Of a stretch of DNA of 64,000 nt, positions 1 through 9,704 are shown one piece after another (the stretch's first letter is position 1; each line of letters begins with the position of its first letter). Where the stretch lies: positions 32,001-96,000 of the forward strand of contig CAWDKY010000027.1 in the NCBI GenBank assembly GCA_963802945.1. Direction: 5' to 3'. This stretch comes from an uncultured delta proteobacterium. Lineage in GTDB: Bacteria > Desulfobacterota > RBG-13-43-22. The notes under the pieces were generated by a model, which had not been told where the DNA came from, did no database searches, and was given only the letters and a program-made list of their open reading frames with translations. The position numbers and the translations under genes were made by a program.

Positions 1-2
1 CG

Positions 3-497
3 TCCACCATTTTGGGCTTGATAGTCAGCTTTTTATTGGCTTCCTTCTACTATAAAGATCTGGCCTTCTGGCTGGCTCGCTTTCTCCCCAACCATAAAAT
101 TTTACTGAATTTTTTTGGCTTTATCTTTATTTTTATCCTCGGCATCTTTTTGTTTAATTTTTTGGCTACAATAACCCGGGGGGCCATCCGATTGGTTTTG
201 TTGGGCTGGCTGGATCGGATATTGGGCAGCCTGTTCGGCCTGATAAAAGGAACGATAATTATCTTTATTCTGGTTACCATCCTGACGGTTTTTTATCCGA
301 AAAGCGGCCCTGTGGTTGAAGATTCTCGTTTTTTCCCATCTATCCTTTCCCTGACCGAAAAATTGACTTTGTTGATCCCTTACAAGATCAAAGACGACTT
401 TCTCAAGAAAAAAGAGGGGCTGCAAGACTTTTGGGAAGGCAAGAAAGAAAATATTAAAAAATTACAAAAGATTCCTGATAATGAAAAACTACCTTAA
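3..497 (+). CDS. cvpA: CvpA family membrane protein (5' end outside window)
   Basis: Hydrophobic helices plus LGWLDRILGSLFGLIKG and SRFFP motifs; frame is open to the window edge. Confidence 0.85.
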   Translation, partial: STILGLIVSFLLASFYYKDLAFWLARFLPNHKILLNFFGFIFIFILGIFLFNFLATITRGAIRLVLLGWLDRILGSLFGLIKGTIIIFILVTILTVFYPKSGPVVEDSRFFPSILSLTEKLTLLIPYKIKDDFLKKKEGLQDFWEGKKENIKKLQKIPDNEKLP

Positions 498-1272
498 AGA
501 TCGGACTACTCTGGATGACCTGCGAGATTTAATGGCTCGATTAAGGGGGGAGCAAGGATGTCCCTGGGACCGGAAACAGAATGCCGAGAGCCTAAAGATC
601 TATCTACTTGAAGAAGCTTACGAGCTGGCTGAAGCCTTGGATCGGAAAGCAGGAGATGATGTAAAAGAAGAATTAGGAGACCTTTTATTTCAAATTATTT
701 TTCTCAGCCGTATCTATGAAGAACAGGGAGATTTCGATCTAAGCCAGGTGATGGATGCCATCTACCAGAAAATGGTCCGCCGTCATCCGCATGTTTTCGG
801 CAACGAATCCTGGAACAATCCTGAGCAGGTGGTGCAAGGCTGGCAGGATATCAAAGCCGAGGAGAAGATGGGGCAGGATCCCTTCGAATCCGTTCCAGAG
901 AATTTACCGGCGCTGCTTAAGGCCCATAGGATATCTCAAAGGGCCGCCGGATTGGGTTTTGATTGGCCAGATATGAATGGGGTCTTAGCCAAGGTCCGTG
1001 AGGAATTTAAAGAATTAGAAGAGGCCATCCAGGAAGACGATCTGCCGTCGGCCAAAGAAGAATTGGGAGACCTATTGTTCTCTCTCGTGAATCTGGGACG
1101 GTTTTTAGAGTTCCCGGCAGAAAATGCCCTGCGCCATACTATTCAAAAGTTTCTAAAACGGTTTCGCATTATGGCCGGCGATCCCCGGTTTCGCGACAAA
1201 GGGCTTTCCTTCTTGCCGATTGAGGAATGGGAAGAATTGTGGTTGAGATCAAAAGAATCGGAAAAGGATTAA
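481..1272 (+). CDS. mazG: Nucleoside triphosphate pyrophosphohydrolase MazG
   Basis: LRGEQGCPWDRKQ, EEAYE, EELGDLLF twice, RRHPHVF, GFDW. Confidence 0.95.
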   Translation: MKNYLKDRTTLDDLRDLMARLRGEQGCPWDRKQNAESLKIYLLEEAYELAEALDRKAGDDVKEELGDLLFQIIFLSRIYEEQGDFDLSQVMDAIYQKMVRRHPHVFGNESWNNPEQVVQGWQDIKAEEKMGQDPFESVPENLPALLKAHRISQRAAGLGFDWPDMNGVLAKVREEFKELEEAIQEDDLPSAKEELGDLLFSLVNLGRFLEFPAENALRHTIQKFLKRFRIMAGDPRFRDKGLSFLPIEEWEELWLRSKESEKD

Positions 1273-1887
1273 ACAAAATCACCTAAATCTCTTGCTCTTT
1301 CTACTTAAAATTCTAAGTGACTTTTTCACCCTACTAATCAAATCATAATTCTTAAGATTTTAATGGCATTCATGAGAAGCGGGCAGACCCTTCCTGCTTG
1401 GGGACTACTCCTACTAACTTGTGAACTGTTTAAAAATTAGCGATTTCGGTTTGGAATCAGCAGGCCACTCTATAGTTAAATTTGAGTTTTTCATTTTTCC
1501 GGTTCTATGAAAAAAGGGATAAGGAATTCTTGATTTTCCTTTTGACGAATCCCCCGTGAACCATTACTATAGAAACCGGCCTATGATATTAATTAAGGCA
1601 GGGCAGACAGAAGATAGGTAATAAAAAGAGGGTCGGCACACAAAGGGCAGACTTTCCCTACTTCGGGGATCAGCTCCTTTGGTCTTTAACATTTTCCAAC
1701 CGCTTGGAAATAACAAGCCCATCGAAGAGATCGGGATGTGGGATAAGGGTTTTTCGAGCCTCTTAAACGCAAATATCCTTTTCCTCTTGACAGTGGCCTT
1801 TTAATGGATGGCCTTAAGGTCATGGAGAAAGCCGATAAATCGTTCGACCGGAAGATAAGAACCAAGGTGACAAAACTCCATTGACCC

Positions 1888-3387
1888 TTGAGTAAGAGTC
1901 AAGAGCAGACTCGACCCTTTTCATATCCAATGCCAAATCATCAGCTAGAAGGATCTCAAAAAGGTACCCACAAAAGGATACTGGATTATAAATGGAAAGC
2001 CATGGCCACGGTTGCCCTGGGTACGATCATGGGGGCCATGGATTCCAGTATTACCAATATCTCTTTTCCCATACTGACCAAGACCTTTGGTGTATCGGTT
2101 ACGACGATCGTTTGGGTATCATTGGCCTATATTTTGGCCAGTACGAGCCTGATGCTCATCCTTGGCCGTGTCGGCGACCTGTTGGGGCGAAAAAAAATAT
2201 ATATTGGCGGGACCCTTATTTTCACCTTAGGGTTAACCCTTTGCGCTCTATCCCAAAATGTAACCCAGCTAATCATTTTTCGGATTATTCAGGCCGTAGG
2301 CGCGGCCATGGTCATAGCCTGCGGGGCAGCCATAGTCACCGAAGCCTTTCCACAAAACGAACGAGGTATGGGACTTGGTTTTTTGGCTGTATCGGTCTCC
2401 GCCGGTTTAATAAGCGGTCCGGTTCTGGGTGGATTGCTCCTGGGATGGTTTCATTGGCGTTCCATCTTTTATGTAAGAATACCCATAGGGCTTATGGTAC
2501 TGATGATGGCCCTATTATTTCTTAAAAAAGATCAAAGAAGAGTGGAAAAGATAAAATTTGATTTGTGGGGGACCCTCTTTTCGTCAGGAGGACTTGCCTG
2601 TCTTATGTTCGGAATCAATCAAATCAACCGGTTTGGTTTGAAATCTCCCATGTTTTATTTTTTGATGGGTTTGGGTTTCTTGAGTCTCCTCATTTTTGTT
2701 TTTGTTGAACAACGGGCTGATGACCCCATTGTTGAATTGTCCCTTTTTAAAAATAGGGTTTTTGCCTGCGCCCTGGGGAGCTTATTCCTTATGTTTCTTA
2801 CCTATTCGGCCTATATTCTGTTAATGCCCTTCTATCTTCTCCAGGGGATCGGCCTGACTCCTTCCAAGGCCGGGGTTATGATGACCGTTGTCTCCATGAC
2901 GGCCATCATTGTCGGCCCGATCAGCGGCTGGCTTTCAGATCGGTTCGGTCAGGCCCGGTTTGCTACCCTGGGCGCGGTTTTAACCATCACCTCCTTTTGG
3001 CTCATATTTGGATTTAATCCTGAAAGCCGGATAGTTGATATTGTTCTAGCCTTGGCCTTGGCTGGTTTGGGGATGGGTATGTTTCAATCTCCCAATAACA
3101 GTTCCATTATGGGGGCAGTCCGCGAAGATCGGTATGGGACCGCTTCGGCGATGATCGCCACTTCCAGGCAGGTGGGGATCTCTCTGGGCATGGCTTTGTC
3201 CGGGACTATTTATTCAACCCAACTTGTCTATCACCAGGCCAAATTAATCGGGGGAGGCTTTCAAGGGGCTGTCATTGACAGGCAGGCCGTATCTCTTTCC
3301 TTCAGTGATGCCTTCCTTGTCTCGGCTATTTTGATGTCCTTCGTCGTGGTACTCTCCATCATGACCCGACAAATAAAAACTTCGTAA
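1888..3387 (+). CDS. DHA2 (14-TM) MFS efflux transporter
   Basis: Motif A GRVGDLLGRKK, WRSIFYV, PNNSSIMG; start may be ATG 1930. Confidence 0.92.
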   Translation: MSKSQEQTRPFSYPMPNHQLEGSQKGTHKRILDYKWKAMATVALGTIMGAMDSSITNISFPILTKTFGVSVTTIVWVSLAYILASTSLMLILGRVGDLLGRKKIYIGGTLIFTLGLTLCALSQNVTQLIIFRIIQAVGAAMVIACGAAIVTEAFPQNERGMGLGFLAVSVSAGLISGPVLGGLLLGWFHWRSIFYVRIPIGLMVLMMALLFLKKDQRRVEKIKFDLWGTLFSSGGLACLMFGINQINRFGLKSPMFYFLMGLGFLSLLIFVFVEQRADDPIVELSLFKNRVFACALGSLFLMFLTYSAYILLMPFYLLQGIGLTPSKAGVMMTVVSMTAIIVGPISGWLSDRFGQARFATLGAVLTITSFWLIFGFNPESRIVDIVLALALAGLGMGMFQSPNNSSIMGAVREDRYGTASAMIATSRQVGISLGMALSGTIYSTQLVYHQAKLIGGGFQGAVIDRQAVSLSFSDAFLVSAILMSFVVVLSIMTRQIKTS

Positions 3388-3468
3388 CTGATTAAAACCA
3401 TATCCTTCCGCAAAGACCAAGAATGGTGTACATTTAAGCTGCGATCCCAAAGATTTCAAAAACTAAAA

Positions 3469-3507
3469 TAACCAAAAAATTGTGCATCATGCCCTCCTTT
3501 TTGTGCA
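3469..3507. promoter_or_regulatory. Tandem enhancer-like sites for a sigma54 activator
   Basis: Two 18-bp sites ending in TGTGCA (3469-3486, 3490-3507), resembling those at 27729-27768. Confidence 0.5.
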
Positions 3508-3580
3508 AAGGCATATCCCTTCCCTATTCCTAGTAAAACATAACAAACTAAAATAATTAAACAATAAACTTTCACCTCTT

Positions 3581-3596
3581 TGGCATAGGTTTTGCT
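3581..3596 (+). promoter_or_regulatory. Sigma54 -24/-12 promoter
   Basis: TGGCATAGGTTTTGCT matches TGGCA-N6-TTGC. Confidence 0.75.
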
Positions 3597-3747
3597 TTTA
3601 AAAAGTCATAAAAATCCTATTGCTCTTTGGAACAGGGCGTTTTCTTGGGACAATACTTAAGGTCAGTTTTTAAGGCAGACACCAACTAATCCCTGGTGAG
3701 CCCTAAAGGCATTCAACGTAAATTTTTCATAAAATAAGGAGGTTTTT

Positions 3748-4053
3748 ATGGAAGCTATCGGTATTGGTGGCATAGGGTTTATTTTTGGTTATCTTCTTTA
3801 TTATTCTGTCAGACATACGGAAAAATTCGACATCACTCTCTTGTCTGCCGCGATTGGTGCAGTTGGTAGTCAAGCAGTGATTGGGTTAGAAAAGGTTACG
3901 GGATGGATTGGACCATATGGCATCGGCCTCTTCCTTGGTTTCCTATTCTATTTAATACTTTCTCTCATTTTCATCTCGAAAAATCAATTTGATAATTTAA
4001 CAAGGATTGGATTTCTTAGTAAGATGCTGCTTGGGACACAAATCAAACAATAA
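3748..4053 (+). CDS. Small Gly-rich membrane protein (about 3 TM), unknown function
   Basis: Strong RBS AAGGAGG; hydrophobic segments with GxxxG patterns. Confidence 0.8.
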   Translation: MEAIGIGGIGFIFGYLLYYSVRHTEKFDITLLSAAIGAVGSQAVIGLEKVTGWIGPYGIGLFLGFLFYLILSLIFISKNQFDNLTRIGFLSKMLLGTQIKQ

Positions 4054-4223
4054 AGGCTAAAAAGCAGAAAATCAAACTTGATAATACTTAAATTAATTAT
4101 GCCTGAACCTCCCCCAATTTGACGAATTCTTGGCGAGCCGCTCTGCTGATGCCACCTACACCATTCTGCCAGCATCTGTGTGCCATTGGAAGAGCTTTTG
4201 ATGAGTAGTAATGATACGCAGGG

Positions 4224-4284
4224 TGGCCAAGGCGTTGCAGCCAGTCGCCGATAAATCCGGCTCTGGCTGAAAGCCGCGTTAGGC
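4224..4284 (+). other. Degenerate integron attC-like site
   Basis: caaggcgttgcagccagtcgccg...cggctctggctgaaagccgcGTTAGGC: imperfect palindrome ending in a GTTRRRY core; left RYYYAAC box lost. Confidence 0.55.
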
Positions 4285-4285
4285 G

Positions 4286-4323
4286 AAGCACCAGAAGCGA
4301 CTGGTGCAGGGGCTTTTTGTTTT
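4286..4323 (+). terminator. Possible intrinsic terminator
   Basis: Stem GCACCAG/CTGGTGC followed by GGGGCTTTTTGTTTT. Confidence 0.3.
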
Positions 4324-4417
4324 CCGCTCTTTAAACGAGAAGTTTCGGCCGCCGAGACGGCTGAAACTATTACCGACCTCTATCTCGGGCGAGGTCAAGT
4401 ATTAAGGAGGAAGAATC

Positions 4418-6007
4418 ATGCCCAGAAATCCCAAAAGTTCGCCAGTCATTGGCAGTGATCGTGTCCCCCTTCACGGTGCGCGTTCTGTTGGGCCAGTTCC
4501 CAAGGAAGAGCGATTTGAAGTGACTGTGCGAGTGCGCCGCAAGGCGCCTCTCCAGAGTTTGGCGGCAGATGGCTTCCGAACGGGCCAATTGCCTAAAAAA
4601 CGCCGTTATCTGACCCAGGACGAGTACGCTTCCACACATGGCGCCGATCCGGACGACCTTGCAAAAGTCGAAGCATTTGCGCGAGCACACAACCTGATAG
4701 TGGTCGAAACCAGCGCGTCCCGGCGTAGCGTTTTCTTGTCGGGCACGGCTGCCGACTTTGCCGCAGCGTTCGGAACGACGATCAAGCACTACGAACACGA
4801 CGGTGGCTCATACCGTGGCCGGACCGGTCCGTTGACGGTTCCAGCCGACTTGGCAGATATCGTCGAGGGTGTGTTCGGGATTGACGACCGCCCGATAGCC
4901 AAGCCGCACTTCCAGCAGTATAGGCCTGCACCCAGCATCGGCATCCAGGCTCACGCCGCCGGCACCTCGTTTACCCCGCCACAATTGGAAAAGCTCTACA
5001 ACTTTCCGACCGGCCTGGACGGCACGGGGCAGTGTATTGCCATCGTCGAACTCGGCGGTGGATATCGCACTGCTGATATTAAGGCCTATTTCCAGAAACT
5101 TGGTTTGCCCGTGCCGAATGTCAAGACGGTCCGGGTTGATGGCGCTAATAACCACCCTTCGACCGCCGACGGAGCTGACGGCGAAGTGATGCTTGACATT
5201 GAGGTAGCAGCCGCAATTGCACCGAAGGCGCTGATCGCCGTCTACTTCGCCCCTAACACTGACAAAGGGTTCTTGGATGCCATTACCATGGCGATTCACG
5301 ATACCACCAATAAGCCATCGGTGGTCTCTATCAGTTGGGGTAGCGCAGAGAAGAATTGGACCGGCCAGGCAATGACATCATACGATCAGGCATTTCAGAC
5401 GGCCGCTGCTTTGGGAGTAACGGTCTGTGTTGCGTCAGGTGATAACGGCTCAGGGGACGGCGAAACGGACGGAAAGGCGCACGTGGATTTTCCGGCGTCC
5501 AGCCCGAATGTTCTGGGTTGCGGGGGCACCAAGCTCATTGCCGCCGGGAACACAATCTCCAGTGAGCAGGTCTGGAATGAGGGGCCCAACAGCGCGACGG
5601 GAGGCGGGGTAAGTGACTTCTTCTCCAGACCAGATTACCAGAAGAATACGGCAGGCATCCCGACATCGGCAAAAGCACCCGACAAAAAAGGCCGCGGTGT
5701 TCCCGACGTTGCGGGAGATGCAGACCCTGCGACGGGTTATGTCGTACGTGTCGACGGACAAGAGTTTGTGATCGGCGGTACCAGCGCGGTAGGCCCGTTG
5801 TGGGCCGGGCTGATCGCGTTGTTTAACCAAAAGTTGGGGCATCGCGTCGGATTTCTCAACCCGCTGGCCTACGGATCTCTCGTTGGTACTGGTTCTTTCA
5901 GGGACATTACCATAGGCAATAACGGGGCATACGCAGCCAAGAAAGGCTGGGACGCTTGCACGGGATGGGGGACACCCAATGGGGTAAATCTCCTCAAATT
6001 TCTCTAA
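4418..6007 (+). CDS. S53 peptidase (kumamolisin/sedolisin) with propeptide
   Basis: EVMLDIE, SISWG, ASGDNG, RGVPDVA, GGTSA, GWDACTGWGTP; RBS AAGGAGG; visibly GC-richer than neighbours. Confidence 0.96.
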   Translation: MPRNPKSSPVIGSDRVPLHGARSVGPVPKEERFEVTVRVRRKAPLQSLAADGFRTGQLPKKRRYLTQDEYASTHGADPDDLAKVEAFARAHNLIVVETSASRRSVFLSGTAADFAAAFGTTIKHYEHDGGSYRGRTGPLTVPADLADIVEGVFGIDDRPIAKPHFQQYRPAPSIGIQAHAAGTSFTPPQLEKLYNFPTGLDGTGQCIAIVELGGGYRTADIKAYFQKLGLPVPNVKTVRVDGANNHPSTADGADGEVMLDIEVAAAIAPKALIAVYFAPNTDKGFLDAITMAIHDTTNKPSVVSISWGSAEKNWTGQAMTSYDQAFQTAAALGVTVCVASGDNGSGDGETDGKAHVDFPASSPNVLGCGGTKLIAAGNTISSEQVWNEGPNSATGGGVSDFFSRPDYQKNTAGIPTSAKAPDKKGRGVPDVAGDADPATGYVVRVDGQEFVIGGTSAVGPLWAGLIALFNQKLGHRVGFLNPLAYGSLVGTGSFRDITIGNNGAYAAKKGWDACTGWGTPNGVNLLKFL

Positions 6008-6063
6008 GGTTAAGCAAGAGGACGGCGACTAACGACATTTACCTATTCAACCCAACCACTCTT

Positions 6064-6321
6064 ACCATCGTTGCGGTGGTTTTTCGATAGCCATCACGAA
6101 ATGGACTGCGACTTCGGATGTGACTGCAGTAGTTGGATCTGTTACAGATTTGGTTGGTACTATAATTAGTGCTTTTTAGCGTTCAGCTCGGTTCTGCAGA
6201 AAAAGAGAAAGCAGAGAGTGATCCCAAGGCTGCAGAAGATAAGGCGTTGCGGTTGGCCTCTGCCATAGAGTCAGATGTAGCTGCGAGGATTCTTGACATG
6301 CATAAATGGGGTCAGGCATAA
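6064..6321 (+). pseudogene. Frameshifted remnant of a small membrane protein
   Basis: Stitching frames gives TIVAVVF/IAITKWTATSDVTAVVGSVTDLVGTIISAF/VQLGSAEKEKAESDPKAAEDKALRLASAIE; no start codon. Confidence 0.5.
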
Positions 6322-6384
6322 ATAATAAAGTTTTAAAAGAGGAGGCTTTGAATAACAATAGCGTAAGATTTTTGTCTTGACATT

Positions 6385-6615
6385 GGTGGAATCTTCGGTT
6401 GGTTCGTATGGCTGATATTTTTGGTCGGTGTGATATTGGTTTAAGGTGTCGGAGAAAACAAACTCAAACATCCTGAACTACCCTTTGTTGTTGCCTTTTT
6501 GGCCGGTTTCAGTGAGAGATTCACATTGAAGTTAATCGACAAACTGATGACTGTTTTAACCACCTTTGAAGAAAAACCGGCGAAAGACACATCCAAAAAA
6601 GGGCCGACAAAATAA
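6385..6615 (+). pseudogene. Membrane-protein C-terminal remnant with AFLAGFSER motif
   Basis: GGIFGWFVWLIFLVGVILV*GVGENKLKHPELPFVVAFLAGFSERFTLKLIDKL... one frame with one internal TAA. Confidence 0.6.
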
Positions 6616-6730
6616 AATTATTAAAGGAAATAAAGGATTACACTTTAACGAGGAGCAGCAATTTTATTGAAAAATCTTTTCGAAGACCTTCTGCGGAAGC
6701 AGGGGGAACTTTAGTTTAGGAGGTGGTTAG

Positions 6731-6946
6731 ATGGAATACTTGCTTGTGCATTTTCCAGAGAAGAGAAAAGTAGTGATTGATGGAGAACCCCAAGGTTTTA
6801 CGAATGAAACATTAGAACTTGACAAGGGACACCATCTTGTAAGTCTTATAGCGCCCCCTAACGATTTTAAACCTCCAAAGAGGACGGTTACCCTCAAAAA
6901 TACAACCCCAATAAAACCACGGGAGGTGGGCTTTGAAAAGGCTTAA
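6731..6946 (+). CDS. Small beta-rich PEGA-like protein
   Basis: VVIDGEPQGFTN...LELDKGHHLVSL pattern; RBS GGAGGT; overlaps the patatin start. Confidence 0.7.
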   Translation: MEYLLVHFPEKRKVVIDGEPQGFTNETLELDKGHHLVSLIAPPNDFKPPKRTVTLKNTTPIKPREVGFEKA

Positions 6947-8348
6947 CCAGAAGAGGTTAATTTTAGTTTTTGTCTTTTTCGTTTGTCTTCTTCTCATTAA
7001 CTGTGCCCACTATCCGAAAAACGACCCATTAAAACCAGGGCAGGAGACCATTCAGTACAATTTGGACAGACTTACCGAAGCATCAAATGAGGACAAGACC
7101 TTTGTTGCCCTCGCTTTTTCCGGTGGAGGAACTAGAGCTGCGGCTTTTTCCTATGGGGTTCTCGACAGAATGCGACGGGTTATCCTCCCTGGGACGGCAA
7201 AAACCCTGCTTGACGAGGTTGATGTCGTCTCCACTGTTTCCGGGGGTTCTTTCACTGGTGCGTATTATGCCCTTTTTGGAAACAGGATTTTTAATGACTT
7301 CAAAGATAAATTACTCTACCGAGATATCGAGAAAGAGTTGGCCCTGAAAGTTTTGAATCCCATCAACATCGTTCGTCTTGCCTCCCCCTATTACAACCGA
7401 ATAGACCTGGCGGCAGAACTGTATGACAAGACAATCTTTGAATCGAAAACCTTCCATAGTCTTGTAGAGCAAAGGAAACGTCCTTTTTTGATTATCAATG
7501 CCACAAACCTATTTCAGGGCGCACGATTTGAATTCACCAGCAGGCAATTCAGATATCTAAATTCTAATCTGTTGACTTACCCAATAGCCCGGGCCGTTGC
7601 TGCTTCTTCTGCCTTTCCATTCCTTCTGGCCCCCTTAAGTCTTGTAAATCACTATTATCCTGATGGTGGCTCGCTCAGTGAACAGGACAGGCAGGCTTTG
7701 ATGGACTACGAAATTAACAAGCGGCGATATTACGAGGCGTATAACAACGTAATCTATACAAGGGAGAAGGATGCAAAGAAGCATCCCTATATCCACCTTA
7801 GTGATGGGGGTTTAGCGGACAATCTCGGTCTGCGGGTTATCTTAGACCTCTTTGTCCAGGATGATATTCGAAGGAAGATCAATAATGGCGAGATAAAGAG
7901 GTTTCTCACCATTGTAGTTAATGCCAAGACCACCAAACCTGAAGATCTCGATATGAAAGAGACTCCTCCGGGACTTTTTGCTGTTGGGATTAAAACCTGC
8001 ACAGTTTCCATGGACAATTATACTTTTGAGACTGTAGAGGCTTTTAGAGACCAAGTGGAGGAAAGGGGGAAGGCTCAACGAAGTCTTGACGATTGTCAGG
8101 AAAAGCTCGATAAATATTGTGGAAGGTCTTACCATATCCCTCCACTTTCAGGAGGCTCACTTAAGCCCTATGTAGTCGATCTTTCTTTTGAGAACATCAT
8201 CGATGAGGCGGAAAAAGAATTTTTTAACAACCTTCCCACCACTTTTTCTCTTGAGAAGACAGAGGTAGACAGATTAATCGAAGTAGGCGGAAGGCTCTTA
8301 GTCAGCCACCCCGAATTCCAGCGTTTTTTAAAGGAATATTCCGATTGA
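6933..8348 (+). CDS. Patatin-like phospholipase, probable lipoprotein
   Basis: SGGGTRAA, STVSGG nucleophile elbow, DGG; signal-like N-terminus followed by Cys. Confidence 0.92.
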   Translation: MKRLNQKRLILVFVFFVCLLLINCAHYPKNDPLKPGQETIQYNLDRLTEASNEDKTFVALAFSGGGTRAAAFSYGVLDRMRRVILPGTAKTLLDEVDVVSTVSGGSFTGAYYALFGNRIFNDFKDKLLYRDIEKELALKVLNPINIVRLASPYYNRIDLAAELYDKTIFESKTFHSLVEQRKRPFLIINATNLFQGARFEFTSRQFRYLNSNLLTYPIARAVAASSAFPFLLAPLSLVNHYYPDGGSLSEQDRQALMDYEINKRRYYEAYNNVIYTREKDAKKHPYIHLSDGGLADNLGLRVILDLFVQDDIRRKINNGEIKRFLTIVVNAKTTKPEDLDMKETPPGLFAVGIKTCTVSMDNYTFETVEAFRDQVEERGKAQRSLDDCQEKLDKYCGRSYHIPPLSGGSLKPYVVDLSFENIIDEAEKEFFNNLPTTFSLEKTEVDRLIEVGGRLLVSHPEFQRFLKEYSD

Positions 8349-8452
8349 TCGCAATTGATCCCAAAGTACGGCTTCGTTCCTGCTTGAGGCAGACAGGCAG
8401 CCCGATTTCATTCGAAAATACGATTCACTCCACTCCGAATACAATCTTAATA

Positions 8453-9313
8453 GTTAGCGGAAATTGTCCCCTAAGGACCAATCTTAAAAAAGCTGAAAGG
8501 AGGTATTGAGTATGCCAGTATTTAAAGTAGGCAATTTCAATCAGATTGCTGTTCAATTTGATCAGACCGCGAGGGTATTCAAACCAACACATAAAGATAA
8601 GGTTAAGTTCTCCCGTACTCTCTCTATCGATGCCTTGCCGGAGTTATCTTTTAACATCGAACCCCCTTCAATGGATTTGGCAAAATCTCCGAACAAATGG
8701 GGTCTGTATCTCAAAACACTGACTCTCCATGAAAGTTTTGAAGGGTTCATAGTCAATTTATTCAATCCAGAGAACGAAATATATTTCACCTCCTTGGCTT
8801 GGGATTACAGTGGCAGCCCCCCCTTTGTCTATCCACCGAAAGGCGCTCAAGGCTCTGATTTTATCATTCCAATGAAAGCCCAAACCACGCGGCAGTTTAT
8901 TGGGGATGGCGTCAATATTTGGCCTGCCCGGACCGTCGTTGGTGGGCTTAACGTTGCCATTCTTGTATATGAATGTGATAGTGATGTAAAAGCCGTAGGA
9001 GAAAGGCTGGTGGACATACACGACAAAGTTGGCAAAAGCAAGCTATCCAGTTTGATCGCGGCAATATCTACCAATCCCCCATTAGCGACCGGCATTGCAA
9101 TCGGCGAGGCAGTCAATGAATTAATGGGCACGATTGGAAACATCATGAAAAGGAATGGAGACGACTTTGTCGATTTTTTTGAAGGGTCTTATGGAACCGA
9201 CAAACCCCAAACGGCAAGAGTGGAGAAGTATGATCATCCAGACCTTGCCGGCATCGAGCTGGAGTTCACGGTATCGTAAGATCAGTAGAAAGCAGAGCAT
9301 AACTTCCGCTAAA
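8453..9313 (+). mobile_element. Probable former integron cassette carrying ORF 8506-9279
   Basis: GTTAGCGGAAATT (8453-8465) upstream and near-complementary AACTTCCGCTAAA (9301-9313) just after the stop. Confidence 0.5.
8506..9279 (+). CDS. Hypothetical protein (257 aa)
   Basis: Long ORF with RBS AAGGAGG; start TTG 8506 or ATG 8512; no recognised domain. Confidence 0.8.
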   Translation: MSMPVFKVGNFNQIAVQFDQTARVFKPTHKDKVKFSRTLSIDALPELSFNIEPPSMDLAKSPNKWGLYLKTLTLHESFEGFIVNLFNPENEIYFTSLAWDYSGSPPFVYPPKGAQGSDFIIPMKAQTTRQFIGDGVNIWPARTVVGGLNVAILVYECDSDVKAVGERLVDIHDKVGKSKLSSLIAAISTNPPLATGIAIGEAVNELMGTIGNIMKRNGDDFVDFFEGSYGTDKPQTARVEKYDHPDLAGIELEFTVS

Positions 9314-9704
9314 AATACAAAATCACTTAGACTTCAAACAGGGCAGGAGATGCCGCGCACTAACTAAAAGGGGATCAGGTCATGCCAACTGATGAAAATA
9401 GTTTCACATTATTTAAAAGTTGGGGGCCAATTAGCACCCATATCGTACTTGTTAAGGTCAGAATGAAGGTGTTTGGGAATTCCAACGGAGATCATTTGGA
9501 GGTTAAAAACGAAGATATAGGGGCAAAAAATGCCTATTTCTGGGACATTATTTTTGAATAATCCATTAGTTGATTTGGCCCGACCCCGTAGAATCCGCAA
9601 GAGGTATGAGAAGAACCGACAGATCCTTCCTGCTTGGGGACTTCACAAGTCTTCCCTATAAGATAATTCCGGAGGTCGACGATTACGGGATGAAATCAAG
9701 CCTG

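Noticed and set aside
1273-1887. tRNA or sRNA in the long intergenic gap after mazG
   Set aside because: No cloverleaf or T-loop and only short hairpins; nothing supportable
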